Origin: Paraphysomonas bandaiensis | Taxonomy: Eukaryota; Protista; Chrysophyceae | DNA length: 56,002 nucleotides | Direction: 5' to 3' | Assembly (NCBI GenBank): GCA_965644295.1 | Contig: CBFFRP010000260.1 | Span: forward strand, 1 to 56,002 | In this document: one piece after another, positions 23,639 to 35,200 of the stretch | Position numbering within the stretch: position 1 is the first letter of the stretch | Layout of the letters: each line of letters begins with the position of its first letter | Program-made: the position numbers and the translations under genes | The notes under the pieces: model-generated | The model's input: the letters and a program-made list of their open reading frames with translations, nothing else | Told to the model about the DNA's origin: nothing | Database searches by the model: none

Positions 23639-26032
23639 CTACTTGCGCCTTCTTTTATCCCTTGGTCCCTCATTAATCACTTCAGTGGAACTCTTAACTT
23701 TCTCTCCAAGATTTCTCTTTCTCTGCTCCATATATGATAAACCAACCAATGACTTTGTATAAATATCTGCTGCTTGTTGCGATGTATGCACATGCACTAA
23801 CTTAATCGTATTGAACTGATTGGGATCCACGTGCTCTCTCACCATGTGATACTTAATCTCAATGTGCTTCGACTTCTTGTGAAACACTGGGTTTTCGGCC
23901 AAATCCTGGGCACTCTGACTGTCGATGAAGAATGGTGTGGGTTTGATGAGCCTCAAATTAATCTCACCCGTCACCCCCCGAACCCATAGCACTTCTTGGA
24001 GACCCGAGTAAATACACTGATACTCAGACTGCATGCTTGACGTTGCCACTGTCGTCTGCAGTTTGGACTGCCAGACTATAGGCCCTCCCGCTGCAAACCC
24101 AACGTACCCCGACGTGGACTTCCTGGAGAGCTGATCTCCCGCCCAATCCGCGTCAGTAAACATATGGAAGTCGAACCGTCTACTCCCATATTGAATCCCT
24201 TTGTCAATAGACCCACGAATATATTGCCATACATGTGTTAATAGCTTGCATACTTCAATATTCACCTTATTACTGAACCGAGACAGTACTCCCACTGCAT
24301 AGGCAATATCCGGCCTCGTGTTCATCGATAGATATAGTAATGCACCTATCAGCGGCCGATATGGGAAGTTATCTACTATAAGCTGTTCCTCCTCGGTATG
24401 CTCATGCCGTGCCCCTTTTGCCACTAAATCCATTGCTTCCGCCGGTAGAGGACTCTTCCGTACCTTTCGCGGTGACCCAAGATACTTTTCAAACTTTTCT
24501 AAGATCTTAGCCGCATATACTGATTGGTCAAGACGAATATACTCTGGCGTTCTTGTGACTCGAACATTCAGAAAATGTTCCATCTCGCCCATATCCTTCA
24601 TATCAAACCGGGCACACAGTTGAGCTTTAATATCCTTCACTATGTTGACATCACGACCTAACACTAGGATATCATCCACATATATCGTTAATAATATCAA
24701 TTCATCGCCCTTATACTGATAATACAAACACGGGTCTAATACACATGGTTTAAAATGCATAGATCGTATGAATTTATCCAATGTTTTCCACCACGACCGC
24801 GGGGAACTCCGAAGCCCGTATAACGACTTCTTCAACTTAAAGCAGTACCCCTCAGGCAGCTGAAAGTCCGGAGTTGCCTTCATATATACATCCCCCTCTA
24901 TATCTGCATATAGAAATGCGTTAGACACATCCAGTTGATGAATTACCATGTTCATCACGAAAGCTATGGCGATTAACAGTCGCACTGTTACCCCCTTAAC
25001 AACGGGTGCGAAATGGTTCGCCCAACCACTCGACTGCTGTCCACAACCGATTGCTACAAGACGAGCCTTATATCGGCGGACCTCTCCCTCCTTATCGTAC
25101 TTCTTTCCATAGACGTACTTGGAGTGCAGTGGGACGACTCCGTCCGGTATACGAGTCACCTCCATGGTATCTCGCTTCGCCAAACCCTCTCGCTCTACAC
25201 GGCGAGCTCGTCTCCACTCCCTGTGCTCGGCACTCTCCAAGGACTCACGATGTGTCTGAGGCACTGTCGACTCTTCCGCTGACATCCACACTGAGTCTGC
25301 CTCCTGTAAAAGGTCACTCACATCACTCTCATCACTCAAATGATGGATTTGTCCTAACACCGACACATTCGTTACCGTCCTTGGAGTTCTTGCGCGTTTG
25401 CCGTGCGGATGATTCTCGGCAGGGGTCCCTTCCCCCGAAGGTAATGCTGAGTCAGCCTGGGGCTGCACCTGCCCACTTTCCGACTGCTGTGGCACCACTC
25501 CGCTGATACCGCCGTCACGGTTGTCAGTAACTCTGGCCCTAACCACCCTCTGCGCAAGATCCTCTGTCATCTTCTTGATGTCAGCAATATGAATAGGAGT
25601 TTTATCCTCCACTTGAACCTGGTTACCAGTAACCAACGACCGGTATCCCACAATAAGTCCCTTCCTTATCACCACTCTGTTAGTCTTGTATAGCAGACCA
25701 CCATCCTCATGGTGCTTTCCGATAAGATACTCAAACTCACCCGGTTGACGAGCCTCGGGATCTATAGCCACTTGAGCCTCCTCCAGCTCTCTATAATAAT
25801 CCTGAGACCTCTCAGGTACCGATTCATCAAATAATACATGTACAGAGTGTACTACGGTGTCCCCCACTAGCACCTTGTATCCTTTTCGATCAGCTGGATA
25901 CCCTATGAAATAACCTGTCATTGCTTTGTCCTCCCAGTCCTTCCTCCTGTCGGCCTTGGGTGTTAGCACATATGCTTTGCACCCCCATTTCCGTAGCCAC
26001 GATAGGCTGGGAACGCTCCCCCTGGGACACAC
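23639..26032 (-). CDS. Copia integrase tail, reverse transcriptase and RNase H part of the polyprotein
   Basis: RYKARLVA, QLDVSNAFLY, LKKSLYGLRSSPRSW, IYVDDIL, FTDADWAG, KHIEIKYH, ADIYTKSL. Confidence 0.92.
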   Translation of the reverse strand: MCPRGSVPSLSWLRKWGCKAYVLTPKADRRKDWEDKAMTGYFIGYPADRKGYKVLVGDTVVHSVHVLFDESVPERSQDYYRELEEAQVAIDPEARQPGEFEYLIGKHHEDGGLLYKTNRVVIRKGLIVGYRSLVTGNQVQVEDKTPIHIADIKKMTEDLAQRVVRARVTDNRDGGISGVVPQQSESGQVQPQADSALPSGEGTPAENHPHGKRARTPRTVTNVSVLGQIHHLSDESDVSDLLQEADSVWMSAEESTVPQTHRESLESAEHREWRRARRVEREGLAKRDTMEVTRIPDGVVPLHSKYVYGKKYDKEGEVRRYKARLVAIGCGQQSSGWANHFAPVVKGVTVRLLIAIAFVMNMVIHQLDVSNAFLYADIEGDVYMKATPDFQLPEGYCFKLKKSLYGLRSSPRSWWKTLDKFIRSMHFKPCVLDPCLYYQYKGDELILLTIYVDDILVLGRDVNIVKDIKAQLCARFDMKDMGEMEHFLNVRVTRTPEYIRLDQSVYAAKILEKFEKYLGSPRKVRKSPLPAEAMDLVAKGARHEHTEEEQLIVDNFPYRPLIGALLYLSMNTRPDIAYAVGVLSRFSNKVNIEVCKLLTHVWQYIRGSIDKGIQYGSRRFDFHMFTDADWAGDQLSRKSTSGYVGFAAGGPIVWQSKLQTTVATSSMQSEYQCIYSGLQEVLWVRGVTGEINLRLIKPTPFFIDSQSAQDLAENPVFHKKSKHIEIKYHMVREHVDPNQFNTIKLVHVHTSQQAADIYTKSLVGLSYMEQRKRNLGEKVKSSTEVINEGPRDKRRRK

Positions 26033-28236
26033 TCATATGGAGACATCCATCCTTGCCACGTCCGAGTTGGCATTCGTCGCACAATGTAACATGCAGTTTG
26101 ATAAGCATCAAACCAGTACGACTTTGGAAGTCCAGATGCCGTCAACATCGTCAGTGTCATCTCCCCAATTGTTCGGAATTTCCTCTCAGACACCGCGTTG
26201 AGCTCTGGCGTGTCTCGTGTTGTATGTGACACCCGAGTCCCATATCGCTGCAACAGATACTCTCTTATTTGCTGACTAATAAGTTCGGATCCTCCATCGG
26301 CATGATACTCCACTATACGGTTCCACCCCTCGTACTTCACTAAGTGGACCTCGCACAAGTGTCGTAGACATTTGAACACCTCCTCTCCGCTTCGAGTCCT
26401 CAATCCATATTCCCATATCATCTTTGTTGCTAAGTCCGTAAATAGGAGCACGTACTTATACCCTTGTCTGGATTCACAATTGAGATAGACGGAGATGTCC
26501 GCTGTTACTCTTTCCAGGAACCTGACTGCGCTTAGCTCTTCGTTGTCCCGTGATTTGAACGAATGCCTGGTTATCTTCGCCTTGGCACACCATTTACACA
26601 GGGGTTTCTTGCAACTCTTCTCCTTTGCCTTCGAAAGGTGATGTCGTTGTAGTCCTGATCCTCTGAATAACATGTGTCGGTGAGCTTCTATTAACTTCGA
26701 TTTCGAGACATGTCCAGTACGCTCATGTAAGCGATCCAACGCATCTTGTCCTGTATTATCCGACAAATTTACCTCCTCCATCTGATTGCACATAGACACA
26801 TTTGGCAGATTTAACACCTCCATCAAGTCCACATACGGCATTCCTCCATGCTCATCGTACTCTCCAGTCAACACCTCGTTTCCAGAGTCCAATTCCACGA
26901 TTTTAGGCTTTCGAAGCAGTTGTAATCCGTATCCCATTGATCTCAGCATTCCTCCTGACACAATGTTCTTCACCGCTTCTTCACTAACTCTGATGTCTCT
27001 CCATTCCCCGAATGTACCAGTTCCCTGTGTCTCCAATTGAGAACCCTTTCTAGTTAGTTGGATTGCCCCAAACTCAGGAGTAAATGACTCCAGTGCAATT
27101 TTATCCTTTACTATAAACAGTCTTTTACTTGCACAACTGTCCAGATATACACGAGGTTCTTCCGACGTATCCACCGATAGCAAAACCTCTTCTCCAAACA
27201 TATTCGCTTCATCATCCGACGACTCTCCGTCGTTGACGTATTTCTTCCATTCTGTCTCGAATTTCCTGTTCGATTTTCGAGGATTCTCATTATCCGGGTT
27301 TTTTATGTTCTTCCGTTTTTTCGACTTGCACTGTCGGGCTTTATGACTAAAATCTCCACAGATATGACAACCAGTATAATCCTTTGATCCTGGCTGCTGC
27401 ACACTCTTCGAAGCTTTTTCCTTTGTCTTCCCTTTTCTTTTGAACTTGTCCATTTTTCTTTGTCGTTCCTTAGCATAACAATTCGCTGCTACATGTCCCT
27501 TCTTCCGACAAAATGAACAAACCACTGGCTCCTTCGACGCCGTAAAATTGATCTCTTCAGATTTGTCTCCCTTTAGTTTCTTCAGCTGCGTCATAGCCTC
27601 GTCATACTCTTCACAAGCCTCTTTCACCGAATCAAATGTAGTTGTTGCTTTAGGCATCATCGCTACCGACATCCATAAATCATGTAATTCCTCTATCTGC
27701 AGCGCTGCTTTTATCTTTGCTAATTTACTTGCCTCTGTCTGCGGTTGTCCCAATTTTATGAGCTTCTGGATTATACCGTTCAGTCGATCTACCCCAACAG
27801 ACACCTTTTCCCCCGGCCTTATTTTGAACGAATGGTATTCTGCCGTAGTCTTCTCCAATACAGTCCCAATCTCGCCTCTGAACCTATCAACCAGTGTCTG
27901 AAGGAGCTCACTGGATAACACCTCCTTAGCAGGATCATCAGCAGGTAAAATTGCCTTCCCCTCCAAATATTGATTGGCTACCTCCAACACATCAGGGTCA
28001 TGCTCGCAAGCCTCCCAAATAGTACTAACACAGGTATCATTACGCTCTCTCCATGACTCTAAATTCCTTCCTCCGGCTGGCGGGTCCTCCAAGCCAAGAT
28101 GGTTTCGGTTTTTCTTCATTAGATGCATCTTGATTTTTCTCGCTGAATAGTCTGCTTGGTTCTTGTCAAACCGTAGCTTCTTGTCATCTTCCCCATCCCT
28201 ACAACTACCATCCGCTACCATAACAGAAGTTGACAT
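25963..28236 (-). CDS. Copia gag-protease-integrase part of the polyprotein
   Basis: CCHC knuckles CSFCRKKGHVAANC and CHICGDFSHKARQC; protease YLDSCAS; GAG-pre-integrase LHERTGH..CKWC; integrase HADGGSE..NAVSERKFRT. Confidence 0.9.
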   Translation of the reverse strand: MSTSVMVADGSCRDGEDDKKLRFDKNQADYSARKIKMHLMKKNRNHLGLEDPPAGGRNLESWRERNDTCVSTIWEACEHDPDVLEVANQYLEGKAILPADDPAKEVLSSELLQTLVDRFRGEIGTVLEKTTAEYHSFKIRPGEKVSVGVDRLNGIIQKLIKLGQPQTEASKLAKIKAALQIEELHDLWMSVAMMPKATTTFDSVKEACEEYDEAMTQLKKLKGDKSEEINFTASKEPVVCSFCRKKGHVAANCYAKERQRKMDKFKRKGKTKEKASKSVQQPGSKDYTGCHICGDFSHKARQCKSKKRKNIKNPDNENPRKSNRKFETEWKKYVNDGESSDDEANMFGEEVLLSVDTSEEPRVYLDSCASKRLFIVKDKIALESFTPEFGAIQLTRKGSQLETQGTGTFGEWRDIRVSEEAVKNIVSGGMLRSMGYGLQLLRKPKIVELDSGNEVLTGEYDEHGGMPYVDLMEVLNLPNVSMCNQMEEVNLSDNTGQDALDRLHERTGHVSKSKLIEAHRHMLFRGSGLQRHHLSKAKEKSCKKPLCKWCAKAKITRHSFKSRDNEELSAVRFLERVTADISVYLNCESRQGYKYVLLFTDLATKMIWEYGLRTRSGEEVFKCLRHLCEVHLVKYEGWNRIVEYHADGGSELISQQIREYLLQRYGTRVSHTTRDTPELNAVSERKFRTIGEMTLTMLTASGLPKSYWFDAYQTACYIVRRMPTRTWQGWMSPYECVPGGAFPAYRGYGNGGAKHMC

Positions 28237-29209
28237 TATTTGCTAAGGTTTACTATTCTCAACTGATAAGATGAAATTATAATCATTACATGATAAAGAA
28301 CCTAAGTTGTGTTCGATGTGTTCAACACCATTCATTTACTACTATAGTGTACAAACCACACACTCAGTGATCGTATCCTGTATAGTCATCCACTTCTACT
28401 TCAGTTTCATACTACATAATATAATGTACTAATTACATATATATCTTTCGATCCTTGCATCTCACATAATACTGCACTCAATTGCAAGTATATAGAATCT
28501 TCAGATCTCAACATTATTAACTTGTTTTATCAGAAGTTATCTGTGATAATGACTAGCATTCCAATCTGTCTTCTATCACAGACGACACCCACAGCTCTCA
28601 CCTTGGACATATATATGCCCTTACTCTATACCAATCTACTGTACCTATTGCCTATTGGACTGTACATATCCTACACCCTACACCGTATTGTCATCATACA
28701 CCGTATAATGGTATACCGTTACCCTACTGTAGCTGGCTGTCTTCACTACACTGTATATATCCTGCAAACTATACACCCACAGTATAGTGCAGTATACAGC
28801 TGTATACTACCAAGCAAGCCAAGCTCACACTCCAACGACAGTCAATCTCCTATACGGGGATGGTAACAGTCAATTTCTCACATATTTTACTAATTTAGAA
28901 TTGAGTGAGTAAATTTTCACCACCCTAGTGTCAAATCTTGATATCATGCAATACGTACTCAGTACTCATCATGGGGTGGTTGTGCAAATTGATTTGCTTA
29001 AAAAGTGATGACTTTGCAATGAAAAAGCTGATGACCAAATAGATGAACAAATCGATTATCCCCATATTCAATAGTAGTTGACAGAATCTCGGCTACGAAT
29101 AACACCACAATATTGCCAACAAAAACCGATAGAAAAGCAATTAACCAGAATAATATAATTATGGTGGTATAAAATAACTGAGAATTATAATTAAATCACA
29201 CTCATTACC

Positions 29210-32200
29210 CTATGCAAAGTTTTCCGATGTAAATTCAATGTCGACATGACTTGGAACATAAACATTTCTAAGAGCTTTGTTAATATCAGTAATTATCTCC
29301 GACCGTGTTGAACATACACATATTTTAGCTCTGTAAATTCCATCCGCACAGCACAATTCAGCAAAACTATTAATGTACGAACTCCACACGGGGCGCCCTT
29401 TCTTCAGGATACGGGTCATAAATTTCTTGTTCTCAACAATGCTTCGCAGCTCTTCATCATGCTCATAAGCAGAGTCTGACTTCATAAACTGCACCACATC
29501 TTCGTCGAAATCTCGTGTCACATGAACAGCAGCTTTAATTCGTGTTGAGAAACTTGTTGTCATGGCCTCCCGAAGCTCATCCATCACCCAAGTTATCTCA
29601 TGCATATGACCCGTTGACCACACAAACCAAACTTTGATATTTCTCGACCGAGTATTATCTTTTATATCTTGTATCACGGATAACGCTCCAGCAATACCCG
29701 TGCCTGTACCAATCAACATGACACAGTCATAGCCACGCCAATCCTGGAACGAAGAGGCAAAAGGTCCCATAATATCCAAGTTGTTCAAACTGTTCTCCAT
29801 GATAACCTCCTTCAATCTTTCAGTCCACCCATTCTTCTCCACTTTAATCAGAAGACCCAAAGTATCAACGTTACCATGTTGAATTGGCCCTGATGCAATG
29901 GAGAAAGGATGCCATTCCAAATGAGAGAGCTGTGCACACCTCATATAAACTATTTGTCCAGCTTTGAAGGTAAATCTCCCTTGTGTTTCAAGTCGTAGCT
30001 TTATAGCCATCGTTTCTGGATTCATAGGAGTCGGATATATACAATCTTTGTCAATTCGTTGAATATTGAACCACGATATCAATTTATCCATTGCATATAT
30101 CAACCAGAATGGAAAAGCGGAATAAAACACTTCAAAACGACTAAAAAATGCTCCAAAGGCAACAGCGTTTGCACCCAGTACATGAGTGTATAGAAAAATT
30201 TCAAAACTGTTGGGTGTAATCCACGTTCTCCAAATGTCTGAATTGAAAGGAAATTTATCGCCACCGATATTCAGTAAAGGGTACTTCAAAGCCGAGCTAG
30301 AAAGCATCATTAAGAGAGTTGTGACAATGACAATGCGTAGAAAAAGTACGGCTCCAGGGTTACCCGATGAGTCGAATACACATGACTCATAGTCATATAC
30401 TTCATCTCGAAACTTCGAATGTTGCTGGTCATTAATATCGTCTGCGCTGCAAAACCACACCGGGCCACGGATATCAAAAAATGACCCACTGGGAAGAAAC
30501 GCTCGACATTCATTTTCTTCACCATACTCTGCACACGAGAAGTACATCGCGACCCACCATACAAGAGCGCCAATATACAAGCCAACGCAAAGTGAGTAAC
30601 CTAAAAAGCGGTGAATGGCATATAAGTGATGAAAATGCAAAAGGTTTGCAAAAAAATTTCTGGTTGAATATTGACTATCTAGATTCGTCATCCAACTAAT
30701 CAGCTGGCGACACATCGTCAGCGGAAGTAACATAAATACCACCAAACATACGTGCATTATGCCGTACAGTACCGGAATCAAATGATCTTGAATCGGGCGA
30801 TCATTTAAATTGTACTGTGGACCTAGGCCAAGGTATGTTTGGTCATTGAGACTCGACGAATTTGTAACTAATGCACAAATTCCTCCGACCAACAGAGCAA
30901 CAGACATGGCAGCAATGGCCGTATTCTCATAATTGTTGTGCTTTCCTGTATAAACAAGAGCCGGATATATCACAAGTAGCATCACAACAAGCACAGCCCA
31001 TCTATTGTATGACGATGTAGACTGGCCAATATGCAATGCACACAGAAAGAATCTGTAGGAGCAATATCCCACAAGTACACTTGGAGCAACGAATGATACA
31101 TCAGACACAATTCTAATAAATTTGACTGCTTTAGAAAACAAAAGCGTGACTAGCCCCTTTGTCCGCGCAGGAGGCATTGGAGAAACATCAGGCTCCCCTA
31201 AAATCGAATATACCGGTTCAATTTGACAAGGATCAACAGTACCGGGCATACAAATATCTACTATATCCAATGTCCGAATTACTTCTCTGTTGCTAATATC
31301 TGTAAAAAGAGGGCAACACTGTGATCCTATCGTTATTTCTCCACTCTGGAAAAAACGACTCACATGATGATTGAAAAATGTCGTTAGCGAGACTCCATTC
31401 ATATCAAGTTGATAATGTAATTGGTCATCTTGTTTAGATGCTTCCCAGGGTGCAAGTTTAACCAAGAAACCAGTTATATCATCTCTCCATGACGCTGCCA
31501 CGACTGCCTTCTTTATACATAGACCATCATGGAGTTCATCCTCCAAAAATATATTCATGGCACTGCTCCACCAATCGTTGCTTCGTAGTTCATCTACTTC
31601 CTTGTACATATTACAGCCATGTTGAGCCTTCCAACGGTTAACCAGGTGTTCAAAGTTATAAACCATATTATCTGCATCGTTGTTTTCACATGATAAATCA
31701 TGAGCAGTCTGAATGTATACGGGAACAAATAGTTCACACAAAAGCTGAAGTAGCACATTATCCTCTTCGATGCATGCCTCGGTGCTATGTCCACTCACGC
31801 GCCCATCCGCTAAGCGAACTCGACTAGTAATCGAAATGTCAATTTGTTTTATGCGTGAAGCGATGAGGTCAAATACACATTGGACAGGCCGAGCCACGCA
31901 ACCACGTATCGCTCTCGCAATGATGTCACCCCCTACTTGCAAGCACAATGCACAAGCAAGACCTCGAATGTGAACCCTTCTGTTCCTGGTTGTCCATCGT
32001 TCAACGTCGTTTCTATGACACCTATACCAGCCATATATACTGTATGTATGTGTCACGATGTCATCAACACATTTCAAAAGCGGTCTGCTGACAATGGTTT
32101 CACTTGAATTTGGTGAAGGGATGGAATTAGTGATACCATCAGGAGATTCAGTAACCGTTGATAAGGGCGTTGTCGCGTTATTATTGTACCATGACAGAAT

Positions 32201-35200
32201 AGCTTTAGTCTGTGTCTTTAAATTGCCTAATTCGACTGAGCAATTTCGGAATATCACCACATCGGATATATTGCAACCGACAACAAACAAAGATATCATT
32301 GTCACCAAATCTCTCCAAAAATTTCCTTCTTGTGACGAGCAAAATTTTGAATAATTATACACGACAATGAATAAATCTATAATATCTGTACTAAATGCGA
32401 AGAAGAGAGATACCTTGACAGATTCAAACCGTTTATTGACCTCCAAGATGAAACTATCAGCACGACCCCTCAAATCGTTTTCATCCACAATATTTAACTT
32501 GCGAATAATGCTTTCACTTTTATCATCATCTAATATACCTTGAACAACATACCACCACTCCTCCAAACAATACCCCGCATTAAAAGCGGACAATGGAGAA
32601 AACGTAAACGAATTTGTGAAAACTGTACAGTACACCAGTGGCAACATATTAAAAAACAACGCAAAAGAATATATCTGCGTATCCGTTTGGTCTTTTTTTA
32701 GGGAAATTAACAGATTAATAAAACACAGTACCATGTCAAATATTTCAAAAACCAATACTCTCCAAAGAAATAAGTACGACCAAGGTGGAGGTGACAAGCC
32801 TTTAAACTGAGAGCGTATAATACAGTCAACAAAAACAACCAGCACAGCAACAATGACGGCTCCAATTGCATGGCCTGAAGCACGCGGTGCACAGAGCGGG
32901 CCATCACGAGGATTTTGAAAGACAACAGGCTCAAATTTATCAGAATCTGCACTTGACACTGCTACTCTTCGAATTAAATGATTGTATGAGTCACAAACCA
33001 GAACGAACGATTCATTGGTGGATAGTGACACACCCATAGGGCCATTAAACAACGCGTTGGTACCAAATCCATCAGCATCACCGCTAGTGTTAGTCCCTGC
33101 AATTGTTTCAACAATAAGACTGCTCATAAATACTTTCCTGATGGCATTGTTCCCAAAGTCGGCGACAATCAAAACACCATTGTGCTTAGTCAACACAACT
33201 GATGTCGGAAAAGAGAACAGAGATGATGTACCTATTCCATTTACAAGGCCCTTGACACCAGTCGTACCTACTAGTGTTGTAACTAAACCGCTTTTCAATT
33301 CTAACTTTCTTATGGTGTGGCTCCCATAGTCTGCAATGAACGCCAGAGAGTCATCTGATGACATTGAGGTTACATATGGGACGTTATATTGTGCGGTTGT
33401 TCCTATTCCATCCTCAGATCCCACGGCACCACCGGATATAGTACTCACATTCCCAGAAGAAAGCATATACTTCCGAATGTTGTAATTTCCACTGTCACTA
33501 ATAAGGGCATAAGTGTCATCGGATGATAGCACTATCGAATTTGGAACAGAGAATGAAGCAGATTCTCCAACTGCAATAACTATTTTGTTGGTGGTAAAAT
33601 CCAAAACTTTGATTGATCGGTCACCAATATCTGTATATAGTCCAAAACTGCTGTCTGAAGATATTGCAAAAGAAAACGCACTATTGAATTGACCACGTCC
33701 CTCAGAAGTGGATGTAATTTCAGTTGAGAATAAAACAGTGGTTACCTCTCCAGTCGACAATACTAGTTTTCGAATCGCGCTTTTCTCACAAATAATAGCA
33801 AATGAACTGTCAGGTGATAAGACAACATGAGAAGGATGGTCAAACGATGCATCCGATCCAACACCATCAATAGTAGCAGGTATCCCAGTACCTGCTACTG
33901 TTGAAACAGCAAAGGGTACTGAAGGTGTCAATGTTGGCAAAGAGCTTGGAGTGTCTATTTTAGATATGTATGTGGGACCCGGAGATGGAAGCTGACATTC
34001 ATGAATTTCACTTTGTGACAGATAAAACTTTGTTAGAAATCCCAGACTACATAATGCCGTGGGATATCGGTGAGTGTGAAAAAGATTGTCTTGTAGTTGC
34101 AACTCATGTAAGGAAGTCATCTTCGACAATGTTTCTGGAACAGTTCCAGTGAAAAAATTGCCCTGAAGCTGCAACAACCTGATGCCATATAAGTCTCCAA
34201 TTTGTAGTGGAATTTGCCCAGTCAAACTGTTTAATCCCAAATTTAATTGAGTGAGGTATCGCATGCTTCCAATGGAGTGTGGTAGTGTACCTGCTATTCC
34301 TTCCAATTTCAACTTAATGGCGACTACAGGCCCATCATTGCTGACGCAATCAATGCCCACCCAGTTACCATAACATTTATCGCCTATTCTTGCACACGAC
34401 CAACCCAGTTGGTGTACGTTAGTTGAACTTATAAAGTCACAAATAGCAGCGTTTTCGACGTCTACATAAGCCGTCGAGGACATTGATGGAACACCTGATG
34501 GAATAAAAGTAGGACGTGAAGTTGGCACTTCGCACTCATGCACGGCACTTTGTGAAAGATAAAAGGTTGTAAGCGAAGTCGAATCACAAAGTTCGGAGGG
34601 GTATATATGTTGAAGATTATTGTCCTGTATCTGTAGCTCACGTAGATGCACCAAAGACGCCAACGAGGAAGGAACAGTGCCCGAAAGTAGATTAGACTGA
34701 AGACGAAGTCCAACCAGGCTGTTCATGTTTCCGATACTCATTGGCAGAGAGCCGCGGAAGAAATTGTCGTTCAAATAGAGCAGTGAGAGTCTGGAAAGTG
34801 CGGTAATAGTCTCTGGAATAGTACCTGCAATACCATAACCGGCTAGAGAAATCTCATTGATAAATCCATCAACACAATCAATCCCAGTCCATCCTCCAAC
34901 TGTACACCTATCATTCATAGACTCCTGAGTGCAGTTCCAACCTGTTACATCCTTTGTAGTCACATCAGTGACATCGATAAAATCACATAAGAATGAAATC
35001 TCAAGGGAGTCATAAGTAGATTGTGCCACAGTCGGAATCCCTGTCCAATATGATACAAATCAGAAACTCTTCAGCATAATATACATGCCATTTTCAACAA
35101 CTTACCAGTTGGTGGATCTGATGTTGCTGCACTAGTATGCCATACATCTCTCCTGAAGCCATTTCCATCATGACCACCAATAACCCAGATCTTGTTATCG

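Larger units (their letters stand above)
23221..28513 (-). mobile_element. Full-length young Ty1/Copia LTR retrotransposon (5293 bp)
   Basis: Identical 293-bp LTRs (23221-23513, 28221-28513); TSD TTATT (23216-23220, 28514-28518); PBS TGGTAGCGG next to the 5' LTR; PPT GAGGGGGAG at 23514-23522; gag-PR-IN-RT-RH order. Confidence 0.97.
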
